From positions 2,398,408 to 2,462,407 of the forward strand of contig CAVNZM010000003.1 in NCBI GenBank assembly GCA_963693365.1: a stretch of DNA of 64,000 bases, given 5' to 3'. Below are positions 37,944 to 63,695 of the stretch, piece by piece. The stretch comes from Amoebidium appalachense (taxonomy: Eukaryota > Protista > Ichthyosporea). Positions within the stretch are counted from its first letter, which is position 1. Each line of letters begins with the position of its first letter. Position numbers and translations under genes: made by a program. A model generated the notes under the pieces. It saw nothing but the letters and a program-made list of their open reading frames with translations. It did not search any database and was not told the DNA's origin.

Positions 37944-38591
37944 GGCCCGGGTCCACAGATCATCAAGATCAAGTCCGGGGCCTCAAGATAGCTGTGCAGC
38001 TGCGTGCATCATCTTGCCTCTGCCGGCGCAGGGCAGGACCACGTCAGCTGGGACAGCCGACCAATAGAATTCTAATTAGTGTGTAGGATAGATCGTAGGA
38101 GGACTTAGGAATGTGATTGTTCGGGCAGAAGCCCTTTTGTAAATATTGGCAAGTTCTGATAGTGTATGCTGCCAAACGTATTTATATATTTCGATGACAG
38201 AGGAAAGGGGGGAGGGAGGGGGGAGGGAGATAGTATGAAATGTAGAATTAGACTCTGCGGTGCCACTAGGGGAAGGGTGAGGGGTGAGACTTGGATAAAT
38301 ATATTAGTTGAGTAGATCGACTTAGCTCGTGCAGGCGCACGATAAAAGTAGATCGGAATGTTAATGGAATGTGGCATCGCGATCGTAGGGGGCCAGGTGA
38401 TGATGATCTTGTAGGGCACGGCCTTGATGGCCTCAGTCGTAACTTAGACTCAATCCGTACGGATCTAAGTTTGCCCGTCGGAGCCTGGTCTTAATAAACT
38501 TTACCGTTTTTCTATACACGTTCGTTCCTTTTCGTGTGTGTACACTTAGTAGAGTGCCGCGTCTCTAGTACACATATATTAGGATACGACA
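37856..38591 (+). repeat. 3' LTR of element B
   Basis: By eye it differs from the 5' LTR only in poly-G length and a 6-nt insertion. Confidence 0.96.
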
Positions 38592-39350
38592 ATGCCCTCA
38601 TCAGCGAAACTGCTGCCATCAGCGCAGCTTCGGTTGCCGACGGTGTGTCAGGCAGCAGCAGTAGCACTGCTTTCAACAATACAGCTGCATTCACCGTTTC
38701 TGTGGTCAACACAGGTGCAGAGGGCATATATGCACCACAAGCACGCACTGTCTTCGGCAGCTATTTGCTCAACAGCAACGACGGGGGTTACTGCTTGCAA
38801 CTGCACAACTTCGTCGTCGGAGGGACGAGCGTGTTCAACTGCAATCATCCCGCCTCCAACCTGAGCCTGACGTATGACGGCGCTGGCCAACTGCTCCTCA
38901 GGGGCACCCTCGTCTGGTGTCCCAGTTACTTTGCAAGCAGCCAGGATTGTGATAGGTTTCTGGGAACACCTTCGTCCGTATGCTATGCTGACTTCAAGTA
39001 CAAAGTATCACCAGTCGGCGATGCTCTGCTGAGTGGTTGCCAACGATCCGGCTGAGTTTGGAGGTGGAACCCTGGCATGTCTCGACCAGACAGCAACTTT
39101 CAGTGGGAAACCGTCCATTACGTACACAAATTCGACGTCAAGTGCGCCTGTATTAGGTTCGATGGTTGTTTCAGGGGGGCTGTTGAATTCCGGGGAGAAC
39201 GGAAGGGGCTGGTTAGTGCTCTTAGCGGATATGACGGTCCGTGGTGATTGTGTGTTAGTAAAATTGAATAGCTCCAGCAACGTGTCTCATTGGCCAATAT
39301 GGAATCATATTTGCTCTATTAGCTTCTTTCCGGAAACCATTCTCTACTAG
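38592..39350 (+). pseudogene. Remainder of a coding region interrupted by element B (5' part at ~15430-15520); function unknown
   Basis: Removing the element and one ATGCC gives ...IIIWLTLSILAGYNNSSSQLADALISETAAISAA...; there is a frameshift near 39035. Confidence 0.55.
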
Positions 39351-40487
39351 TATGTAGTATTCAGTTAATATTCTAAACGGGTTTTTGAGCACGCCGAGGG
39401 TGAACATGCCGCATTGTGCAATGATTTCATGTACGTAGATACGATTACAAATGTAAAAAGTCCATAGATGGCTTCAGTTCAGTCTCGGAATATTACCTAT
39501 GGCATAGAGTGTAACTTCCGTTTGTTTAAAGAAAGAGTCTGGGGTTCGGAAGTTTCCTAATTTTAAGGTCAAAATCCTTGCCCAGTTGTTTTCAAGCAAT
39601 AAAACCGTGTTGTCATGAGTCCAAGGCTCTAAGAGATCGTTGCTGCTAGTGTGCTGTGTTAACTGCTGCCAGCCCGGCACGTGGTATTTTAGTGTTGGGG
39701 GGTAAGAGAAGCTTAAGATGTATGATGTATTTGTGCGGCCCAGGGCATGGTACCTGCATCTTGAAGTGTAACGGGAAGGGGGAGGAGGAGAGAGAGGGAG
39801 GGAGGGAGGCCCGGGGTGAACTAAGTAAAGAGAAATAGAGAAGGAAAGGGCGATAGAGAGAAAAAGAAAGAGAGGCCCGCTGTGGGAGTTGAAGGAAAGA
39901 GAAATTAAGAAAGAGAGAGAGAGAGAGTACGGATTGAAGGGGAGAGAAAGAGAGAGGTGGCGGGGAGTGGAGAGCGAGAGCTGTTAGCGGTTAGGAGAAA
40001 AAGAGAGGGGAATGGGGTGGGTGGCCGGGGGGAGATGGCGGTATAGAGAAATTGGCTCCTGGGTTGTGTGTGTGTGTGTGTTTGGGGGGGGGGGGGGGAA
40101 GGGGGGGGGGGGGGGGATGTGTTAATAGTACAACGTACACATTCATGACAGACAAACTCTTGCAAATTAAAAAATAGGAACATGGTACGAATAATTGGGA
40201 CGAGTGGCCGGGGGATATTGGGGGGGGCAAATTTCTTGAGAAAGTGGTGACACATTCGTATTTGTGCGTGGGTGGCTGTTTGTGTGTGCGCGCGCACCCG
40301 CGTGCGTGTCTGTATGAATGTGAGTGAGTGTCCGTTGTGTATGTTTTTGTGTGTCTGTGCTGGTGTGCGTGCATGTGTTGCGCGTGTGCCATATGTGCGT
40401 GTGTGTGCGTGCATGGGTGCGTGCGTGCGTGTGTGCGTGCATGTGTGCGTGCGTGCGTGTGCACGCGCACGTGCGTGCGTGCGTGTG

Positions 40488-40547
<60 letters not shown>

Positions 40548-40625
40548 TGAGTGCGTGCGTGCGTGCGTGTGTGCGTGCCTGCGTGCGTGCGTGCCTGCGT
40601 GCGTGCGTGTGTGCGTGCGTGCGTG

Positions 40626-40698
<73 letters not shown>

Positions 40699-41187
40699 AC
40701 GCGCGCGCGCGTGCGCGCTTCGCGGACGCGCTCGTCCGTGTGCCTTGCGAGTGCGTACGGGCATTTGTGTGTGTTTTTGTGTTTGTGTGTGTGAGAAGGG
40801 GGGTCATATGACTCAGTTAGATGTCATTCATTCTTACAGCACCTGTCACAGTAGGCTACACAAAAATCGTAGGACAAAGAATCTCACATTCCCAGTCCTC
40901 TATTTATTTATTCTTCTTTCTCATCGTTTTTATCACAAATTAGTCGTAGAAAACTTTGATTGACGTATTGCGTATACAAAGGGGGGTTTTTTTGTCCCCC
41001 TTTCTTTTTTTTTTTTTTTCTTTTCTTTTTTTTTTTTTTTTTTTGGGGGGGGGGGGGTGGGGGGATAGAGGGGAAAAGGGGGGGGTGGGGGTTTTTGAGA
41101 AACGGGGGGGGGGGGGGGGATGCGGGGGACAGACAGAGGGGAAGCCCAGGGTGATTGACTGAAAGAGGAAGAGTGGGAGAGAGAGAG

Positions 41188-41236
<49 letters not shown>

Positions 41237-41259
41237 AGATTGAGATTGAGATTTTGAGA

Positions 41260-41363
<104 letters not shown>

Positions 41364-41615
41364 TAGAGAGAGAGAGAGAGAGAGAGGAGGGAGGGAGGGA
41401 GGAGGGGAGAGGGAGGGAGGGAGGGAGGGGAGGGGGGGGGGGGGGGAGGGGAGGGGGCAGGAAAGCAGGGAGCCGACGGAGGGAGTAGGCAGAAATTAGG
41501 GGAGAGAAAGGAAAGAAAGAGGCGGGGGGAGGGGGAGAGGGGAGGGGGGGGGGGGGGGGGGGGGGGGGGACGGAGAAACGAAAACATTTGACGAAGGGAG
41601 GCCCCCAACACACAC

Positions 41616-42396
<781 letters not shown>

Positions 42397-42803
42397 TGTT
42401 CATTGTGAAAATGGGCCACACGATGCGAGTTTACATCACCCTCCACCGAGCCATAAATTTCGCTCTCGGACATGAACACTACACAAGGGAACACATCCCT
42501 GAATCTCGAATCGATCACATAATTATAACAAACTTTTGCAACTTACCGCATTTTATAGAAACTTCAAACTATTTTAACAAAAACACATGAAAAGCATGCG
42601 GAAAAAATCCCCAATGGAATGCGAAACATTTGTGATAGAGCAAAATGTAGCAAAATTTAAACCAGGCAAATGCAAACCATAATTAAGTTGTGCGTTATTT
42701 AGGGCTATATCTGATTGGCTATCAGTAGATAGTGGTTCTCGCAAGTTGATGTTTGGCTGTGGTGGAGGTAGTCGAGGAGCGCTTGCCGGGCATTAGCTAG
42801 TAG

Positions 42804-42943
<140 letters not shown>

Positions 42944-43028
42944 GCTCTCTCTCTCTCTCTCTCTGTGCGTGTGTGTGTGTATTTGTGTGTGTGTGTATGT
43001 GTGTGTATGTGTGTACTTCATTTGTGTG

Positions 43029-43115
<87 letters not shown>

Positions 43116-44171
43116 CACGCGCGTGTGCGTGCATGTATGTGTGTGTGTGTGTGTGTGCGTGCGGGTGTGTACGTGTGTGTGTGTGTGCATGGGCACATGC
43201 GCCTTTCAGTGCAACGAGCTGGTATGTACTGCCTTCTATTGCTTACGTCCTTTGTTTAGAGCCAGCTGACGTTGCAGGCTCTCTCTCATCGCCCCAGCGC
43301 ACTTTGTAGACGACGGGGGGAACACCGTTAATGATGGTGGGCTTTTTTGCCCACAATGGCACGCACCTCCAGGCCCGGAGGGGCGGTAGAGGGGGAGGGG
43401 GGGGGAGGGGGAGGGGGGAGGGGGGGGGGGGGTGGCTCGGTGTGGAGGGCTCAAAGACGCTGGGGGAGGGGGGGGGGGGGGGGGGGGACGTGCACCTTTT
43501 CGACCTGCTCACCAGTGCACCAGTGTTGGGAGTATAAATGGTAAACATAAAATAATGGCATCGGAAAATTCACAAAATAAAAAACATAAAGCCAAAAACA
43601 TAAAATTTTCACCCTGGGGAGCCATGGTTTTTCAGCCAAAAATTATCGTACTCCGTCAGTCTCTTAAAGGTTCCCACGTAGCTGGCAGGTAAACTCAAAT
43701 TGTGCAGGTATATCGTAGCCTGTGAGTCTTACCAGGGCAGGGTGGGCTTGGGCACGTCCTGCAGCCCTGGTGCTTTTCCCGTGTGGGCAGATGGTGGAGT
43801 GTAACGCAGTACTATTTAGTGCTTCACTGGGGGGGGGGGGGGGGAAGGCTTGCCTAGAGGGCCTGGTAGATGGGGCAAAGAGGGGGGGGTAGGGGGGGGG
43901 GGGGGGTACTTTCAGTTTACCCTTTGGCTCTTTGGCAAAAATCTCAATTAAACACCCATTAGCAAGACTTAGCCTATGCCCAGATTATGCTCATGACTTT
44001 CGGTGGCCGTTCCTTCACCCTCCCCCCCCCCCCCCCCCCCCTCCCCCCATCCCCCGCCAACCCCCCTCCCCCCCCCCTCCCCCCGCCCTCCTCTCTCACC
44101 CCCCACGATCCGTCCATTCCCTTGCCTATGGGGCCGAATTTTTTCGGCTCATATTCAACCACCCCTTAGAG

Positions 44172-44215
<44 letters not shown>

Positions 44216-44710
44216 CCCGCCCCTTCCGCCACCGCCTACTCACACACACGCGCCCAAGGTAAACATCATTGATAAAAATTTTCAGACATATTCTCTGCGC
44301 TAGTTTGCCAGTTTGGTCCCCCCCCCCCCCCCCCCCCCCCACCCGTCGTCTTGCATGACCTGCCGGATGGTCTCCGTCGACCTTTATGCACAGCACTTCA
44401 TTCAATCAGTGATTGCTCCTGAGTCTGGGGTCGGTTGTATTGTCATTCAGCCTAAAAGGGCTTCTGATACTACACACCGTTTGTATACTTAATATTTAAG
44501 ACTTGTATTTTGCTAACTCTGTTATATGTAGTATGCTTCTAGTCAAACTGTGTTGCTCCGCATGTACTTTATGCAGCTTGTCTTTGAGTTGTGCACTCCA
44601 CTCCCTTTTTTTTTTTTTACATGATTCATTAACGTGCGGGGCACCCAGGCCTAGTTTTGCTTTAAATCTGGGCATGGCGGAAACAGTGGCCCGTTAAATA
44701 TGTATATACG

Positions 44711-45336
44711 TGCTGCACAAACCATCAGCACAAACCTCGGGAGTACTCAGAAATCAAACCTTGGGAATGCGTAGCTGCACAAACCTCGGGAATTCTCAGG
44801 ATTCACACCTCGGGAATGCCTAACACTAGTTGCACAAGCCTCAGAATCAAGCCTCGGGAATGCCTTGCAATTGCTGCAAAAGCCTCACGATCAGAGTTGA
44901 AACCTCGGATTCGAGTTATTGCTGCACAAACCTCGGGAATACTGGGGATTCGAAACCTCGATAGCGCTATCGATATATTCAAACCTCAGGAATGCTAAGC
45001 TGCACAAACCTCGGGAATTTGAGAAAGCTCCTCGGGGGAGACAATCACTGATCAATATCATAATGAATATTCAACACGGTGCGTGTGTCAGCGTGGCCCC
45101 TCAGTTAGCCAATCCGAAAAATGAGTCAACATCATTGGGCCTTACGAAAACAAATCGGACGGCCATTGAAATTTACGAAAAAGGTGTTCGAAAGTATCGA
45201 AAGGAATAATTCAGAGAAAAAAATTTTAATGGGGGGAGGGTGAAGGAAGAGAGAAGGGAGAGGAAGAGGGGTTGGCTTGTGAGGGGTTGGGGGTTGGGCT
45301 TGGGGTGGGGGACGGTGGGGAGGGGGGGGAGGGGGG

Positions 45337-45376
<40 letters not shown>

Positions 45377-46110
45377 CGTGAAGTAGACACACCGGGAGGA
45401 ACAAGGCGCACCTTAACATTTTGCGAAGCCATAGCCGCCCCCATGCACGCAGCCTGTGTATGGTGAGGGGTCGGTGGTGATGTCGGAAATACTTAGAGAA
45501 TAGAGGCTTATGATCAGAATTCAATTCTCGGGAATGCTTGTAGCTGCACACACCTCGGGAATAGAACATACTAAGGATTCAAACCTCGGGAATGCGTAGC
45601 ACAAACCTCGTGAATGCCTAATTAGATTGCACAAACCTCGGGTATACACAGGGGAATGCCTAGCTGCACAAACCTCGGGAGTGCCCAGGGGAATGCCTAT
45701 AAAAACCTCGGGAATACTCATTGAACCTAGGTGTCAAACCTCGGGAATACTCATTGAACTTGTGCACAGGGGTCAAACTCGGGAGTACGTCAACTGTGCA
45801 AACCTCGGGAATAATATGCGGCGCAAACGGTGCAAACCTCGGGAATAGTCATTGAGCCTATCATGATATAGGGGTCAGACCTCGGTATTAATACGTCAAC
45901 TGTGCAAACCTCGGAAATATATGTGGCGCAACTTGTGGTGCAAACCTCGGGAATACTCATTGAACTTATGTATACGGGGCAAACCTCGGGAATACGTCAA
46001 CTGTGTAGACCTCGGGTATACTCTTTGAACCATTGAACCTAATGCATAGGGGTCAAACCTCGGGAATAAGATGCGGCACAAAACCTCGGGAATGCTCAGT
46101 ACAAACCTCC
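44711..46110 (+). repeat. Two blocks (~44711-45040 and ~45520-46110) of irregularly spaced AAACCTCGGGAAT motifs, ~30 copies
   Basis: Motif counted by eye; all copies in the same orientation, mostly ~20-40 nt apart. Confidence 0.9.
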
Positions 46111-46349
46111 GTGTGCGTTAGTATGTAGTTTGTAAACACACACATGTACACACACACATATAAGCGGCCACCAGTATATGAATTACATATGTATGAGTGA
46201 TACAAAGGCAGATCTCAGCGGCTAACCAATCGATATCGGCGCAGCTGTCGCCTACGTGAGGTGCTCGAATGTAACACATCAGGAGTGTTGCCTGCCACAA
46301 AGAGAAGTCCTATAGTCCTATGCCCATCTGCCCGGGTTCAACAGGAACC

Positions 46350-57505
<11,156 letters not shown>

Positions 57506-57984
57506 ATGTGTTTTGGAATGAATGGTATTTAAAAAATGGTAGGAATGCCCGAACTCACATTTCTGGTGAGACTAACCAATTGCGATGTTTATAATTCCTA
57601 ATATGTATCTTCTAACATGACTGAATTGTCAACAATGACATCACAATCGACTTCAGATAATGGTAATCGGTTGGTATGTAAATTCAAAGCTGACATGGGT
57701 CGCTGGCGATCCACACAGCACATATGCATGTTAAATTAAACACGGGGCCTTCTCCGGGAGCAACCGTGCCTATTAGTCAAACTAAACAGGAACACGTGTT
57801 GCAGAGTTGCAGACGGATACGTAAATTTTAACACAACTGCTACACGTCAGCACAATGCTGTTACTGTAGACATGGAGCACCTCCACGATTACTAACACGG
57901 CCTTTATGAAGGTCTGGATTTAAACCGGGGAGTGGGAATGGGTGGATCACGGGTGGCAGTGGTGGCATGCGTGTATGTGTGTTT

Positions 57985-58047
<63 letters not shown>

Positions 58048-58124
58048 ATATAGGAAACGGGCAGGATTCGATCATTTGAGAGTGTGGGAAACCCCGGGGT
58101 GGGGACCCGGGGCCCCGTGGAAGG

Positions 58125-58514
58125 AATAGACATGAGGTTAGAGTGGGGGTGACAGATAGGAGTTTAGAGTGAGAGGATAGACGGGAGTTTTTAGTACGGT
58201 GATACTATCAGTTTTTAGTGGGGGGATAGACGGGGGTTAATTGAATTGGGGGGAGGTTCATAGACAGGAGTTTAAAGTGGAAGGAACAAACGGGAGTTTT
58301 AAGTGGGCGGGAATCCATACACGGGAGCTTATACTCTGTAGTGTGGGGGGACACACGGGAATTTTCAGCCGGGGGGACGGGGTCCATATATATACAGGAG
58401 TTTAAAGTGAGGGGATAGACAAGGGTTAAAGGTGGTGAGTGGGCCGGGGGGGGCGGGGGGGGAGGGGGGGGGGGGGGGGTGTGGGGGGGGCAGACAGGAG
58501 TTCATAGTGGAGGT

Positions 58515-58515
<1 letters not shown>
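58125..58515 (+). repeat. Degenerate ~24-nt minisatellite (AGAC[AG]GGAGTTTAAAGTGGGGG-like)
   Basis: About a dozen imperfect units visible. Confidence 0.7.
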
Positions 58516-58549
<34 letters not shown>

Positions 58550-58671
58550 TTATATACCCTATCTAAAGCTTGGAGAGGGAGGCAGGCGGGGGAGGGGGGG
58601 GGGGGGGGATGCCGCCTGGTTAAGCCTGCGCTCCCCCTCCCCCTCCCCCTCCCCTGCGCCATATGGCTATA

Positions 58672-58712
<41 letters not shown>

Positions 58713-61700
58713 CGCATACGCACTAACCAGACCCTGGTTAGCCACGATAGTGGCCCCCATCCCCCCTCCCCAAAACCCAATAACATTACACCCGCGCATG
58801 ATATAACTCACCCAGGTGAACACGTTCAATTCTGGTGCAGTAGTTGGCACACACATACACAAGCTCTCACACACACACACACAAAAACCTACACACACAC
58901 ACAAGCACAGCCACACACACAGCACACACACATCCAACCCACTGGCAAAAGAGAGTGGTGTAATGACCCAAGCAATTTCCTTTTAGGCAAAAAAACGACT
59001 CTAAGCCGCTATAGTAACAAACCCTCTTCAGGTTACACCTCCCCTTCCTCTCGCAAAACCACTGTCTACTTGCTATCGTGCTTGAATGTACCCCTCGGAT
59101 CCCCCACCCCCCTCCTCCCTCCCTCCGCGCCAATGCCCGTTCTCCTCCCTCCCCCTCACTCCTGCCTGTTCCCTTCTCCTCCTCCGCCCCCCTCTTACCC
59201 CCACTGTCTCTCTCTCTCTCTCCCTCTCTTCCCCCCCCCCTCCCCCCTCCCCCCGCCTCCCCCCCGTCTTCCCCCTCTGGCCCGGCACCTCCTCACCCAC
59301 CACTTCCGAATATTCCAGAGCTGCATATTTTCACAGATTCGGTGGCACACATCGACCCACAAACTCGCACAAACACCGTACACGCAAACAAAAACACATT
59401 CACGGCACAGGTTGGTGTCACTGTGGTTTAACGATAACTGGTTTTCTCGAACATATGCGCCCCGTTGAGTTATCCGTTTATTTACCCAATGGCATCTGGA
59501 CAGAGCCAGTTGGTGTGCTATCCTCTTGCAGCGCAACATCTTCGCTGAAGCAACAAATGAAAAATGCAGCCTGATTTCTGCTAGTGCTAAAATTATTATT
59601 GCAGAGTCCGCCTTCTCTGACCTTCAAAAGTCAGATCTCCAATTTTTCAGGCATATATTGCTTTGGTAATCGTAGATGAGATGCATGCTTTAATTTGCCC
59701 CAGTGTACTGAGAAGGACTGCCCTAGAATGTTGTCCACAGTGTGCCTTGGCACGGCGTAAGCACTTTTCTATCGCCAGAACTCTTGGCTCGAAAGGGTAG
59801 ACCCGGCAAGGGAATAGAACCTACAAACATGCATATGCCGAGTCATATGGTAGCGTGGCAGTTGTTTTAAATTTCATACTATAAGCTATTTACTCACATG
59901 CCATGTACTTGACCCCCGTGTAATAACACGGTTAACGACAAGAAGGGAAACACGGTTGGGAAAGGAGTGAATCAGCAAGTAATTAGTAGGAATCACCCTA
60001 TTGGTTTCTCCCGTCCCCAACAGTCAACGTGTGAAGGCTGCGGCAACAACACAAAGTTGCACGTGGTGGGCGCCTCGTGAACCACATCGGCAATAGCTGG
60101 CCGTGTTACCAAACCAATCGTATGCTGCTTAGATTATCACTGGAATGCCAAGGAAACAGCCCCCACAGCGAAAATACTCTCCAAGGCAATTTTTGAAACA
60201 AGCAAATGTGGGACTTGAGTGGGCAGTGGGCACAGGGACACTTCCTCTTCTGAATTTTCATCCAAAATGACTTTCAAACTTTATTTGAACAGATTTTTTG
60301 CTATAATCAATCATAATTAACAAATTTAATTATAAGCTTGCGAATGTAGTATATTGCAAGGTCATGAATATTAGAAAACTCGTAGCAAATTTGGGAGCTT
60401 CGGAGGACTATAAAATGCGATCTGCCATTGGTGTTTGCTAATGAGTGACATCGGCAGCCGAATCGTGCTTGGCTACTCCGGGGGCTGAGGACTGTCATGG
60501 AAGTTGCAAAGTCACAAGCATGTGTTCATTTTATCAATTCAATAAATAAAAGACCAGAAGAACAAACTTATATCTACAGCTGTTAGACGGAGGGTATTTT
60601 TAAAGACAAATCAAAGAAATCAAAACGTATACGGAAGGTTTCCCGCACACGCATCCCGGGCTTCCCCAGGAAAACAGCGGCACCCCATACCTGGGCTCTG
60701 GGATCGTTTATAATTATACAGCAAATTTATTTTTTAATAACAACATATTTTCTCGAACTTTTGGCAAACATCTCTCTTAAGAATAACTTTTCCTCGATTC
60801 ATAATGGTACACTTGCAGTATTTAAGTTATATGAAACAAAGATTTCATGCCATATGTGTGACGCATATGCTTTATTGTTCTCGATTATCAATAATTTATC
60901 ATAACCCGGGATAGTTATTTGAGCTCTACACTTTAGTGAAGGGGGTCTCAACTAACTGGATTGCATTCTTACAATCAAAAGTAACTTACTGCAGTGCTGG
61001 ACGCATGAGATGGCGTTTGCCGGGGCTAAAAACTATCAGATGATTGGTACCGGTGTAAGTGAAATGCTAGGATTAGTTACAGTAAAAAAGAAAAAGGGGT
61101 GCTTGACGGTCTTTTTCGACCTATTGCTTCAATATTTATTTTAGAAACATTTTTTGGCAGCAAATCTTTCATTTTTTGTTTTTTGCATGAAGAAACAATA
61201 AATCGGAAATGACTCATGGCAACGAGGGCTGTGGTCAAAAATAGACAAAATAAGGCTGCAATATGAGTGGCTGTATATCACGAATCGTAAACCATCCACA
61301 AGATGACCCCAAACGACGCATGATGCAGCCCCCCCCGCAATATATAAAGATAAGACTTCGTACTTTTTCAGTATTCGAAATCAACGCACATCAACGTGTT
61401 ACTTCTGCAATCGACATAGCCGCACCCAGAAGTCCTGGAAGAACATCAACACATTTTACACCATATATTATTCAAGTAACCCACTACACAGTCTTCATCA
61501 TGGGTTGCCAGTGGAACTACCGCCAGGTGCACACGTCCACGCGTGCTGCGACCCGTGCCACCCCTGTTCGCTCCGCCGCCAGCGCTGCCCTCTTGGCAGC
61601 AAGCGCCATCACGCTCATCGCAGTTGGCATCTCAGCAACGAGACAACAACAACGCAGCATCTAAAGCGATGGCTCTCAAAGTTGCTTGTTGAAAATGCTC

Positions 61701-62814
61701 TGCTTCTTCTCCTTACAAGCTGTGGAGATGCACGCCACCAGACCTTCAGTTGGTGGTTTCAGACGTTCTAATTGGCACTTGCAGAGGTCAAGATACGGCG
61801 TGCATGAAAGATATCCTCGAGCTCCGTACGTGAACAAATGTTAGTCTTGTGTTTCTGATGTATGAGCGGAGCGCAGGCGCTCCGTAAGACGGTCTATACT
61901 TTGTAGGCGAAGCAGCCTACCTTTTTAACCAGGTGATGTGATTTGTGCTTAAAGGGGTATGAAGAGCAGCATATGTTGCTTGTGCCTTTTACACGGTCTC
62001 AAATATATGTATGGGCGCATCGCGGGCGGTGTTGAAAGCCCCACTTCTGTTGTAAATAAAACCATATTTCAGTTCACTATGGCGGGTTTTCGTCAGATCT
62101 ATTATTGGTTGAACAATCTCTTGTCATCTACTACATGTTGGTCTGCAACCTGGCGCCGGCTGGTGGGTGTGTGAGGGTGCAAACTGGTTTTTTGCCAACG
62201 TTCTATCTCCACAGATGGTGCTTTCTCGACAATTGTTGAATCAACTACACTGAAAATTTGCGCCAGGGTGCACACACACAAGCACGCGCGCAAAAACCAC
62301 GCACTCACATATAGCCACCAGCCGCCATGTACTGGCAGACATTCCGCAAACAGAATTCTGACTATCGATTTTGCTACAGTGAAAACCGCGCTGCTCAACC
62401 CATCCTCAATAACAGCCTCCTTCTTTCAAAAGCGCTTAGCACCCACTCCCCTTTTCCAATACGTCAGGTGAGGTTCGAATCTACTCTACTGCAAACTTGC
62501 CATTTTCAGCTTGAAAAGCGGACGGATGCGATTTTGTTCTGTGTGTCGTTCCGTAGTTTCTCAAGTAGTTTTCTATTATTATAGTTCCCACAGTCAAAGT
62601 GCATATGGAAAAAGCGCATCATGGTATGGACATGTGTACACTATGTATGTACACACCTGGAGCCACCAACATTATGCTCCGCTTCCTTTCTTCCGGTATT
62701 TTGAGCTCTTTTTTGGAAGCTGAGTTGTGTGTCTTTTAGTGCCCATGTGTGTGTGCCTGTGCATGCATTGTGGGGATCCGAGGGGGGAGGGCCGGAAGAA
62801 GGTTGGGGGTAAGG

Positions 62815-62859
<45 letters not shown>

Positions 62860-63118
62860 ATATAAGGCATACCATATTGAGCGCACTTATGGCTACGGTA
62901 TACAATTCACTTGAGATGTATTTGAGGGCCAATTTCTTTCCTGGTTTTTTCCCCGTTACGTTGTCAGCAGAATATTATGCTGTGACAGATACTAAAAGGC
63001 ACATTTTGTACTTTCGAAGTTCAACTTTTCATTTTTCCTCGTCGTATGTAAGTATATGTGAGTATATGTAAGTCTAGACTGGATAGGTGGGAACGTCGTT
63101 GGTGGGAGGGAAGGGGGG

Positions 63119-63171
<53 letters not shown>

Positions 63172-63298
63172 AGGAGGGGTTACACTTCCAGTGGGGAATT
63201 CACAAATCAAAATCCCTTGCCCTTCCCCCCCCCCCCCCCCCCCCCTACACACACACAAACACAACGCCTAATCTTATACGGTGGTGGTCCCCCCTTCT

Positions 63299-63337
<39 letters not shown>

Positions 63338-63604
63338 TCCCCGTCCCCCACCCACCCCTGCACTCTTTCCTCCCTTCTCCCCGGATATCCACCAATTTCG
63401 AATGGTTGTGTTCACACTAGTGTGCACTTATGTGCGCATACGCGCGTGTGTGTGTTTGTGTGTGTGTGCGTGTGTGCGCGCCCGCGCTTGCATGTGGTTG
63501 TGTGTGTGTGAGCATGTGCTTGTGTGCGCATGTGCAGTAATATGTGCCATGGTGTGTGTGTGTGTGTGTGTGTGTGTGTCGCAAGTGTCACGAGATGTTG
63601 GTTG

Positions 63605-63695
<91 letters not shown>

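Larger units (their letters stand above)
15521..38591 (+). mobile_element. Full-length Ty3/Gypsy chromovirus (element B) with nested DNA transposon
   Basis: TG...CA LTRs at both ends; TSD ATGCC at 15516-15520 and 38592-38596; PPT at ~37838-37855; domain order gag-PR-RT-RH-IN-chromo. Confidence 0.97.

Noticed and set aside
39474-39680. Possible terminal exon on the minus strand
   Set aside because: No recognisable motif or linked upstream exons.
44711-46110. CRISPR-like array
   Set aside because: The core is only ~13 nt, spacing is irregular, linkers are mutually similar, no cas genes are present and the context is eukaryotic.
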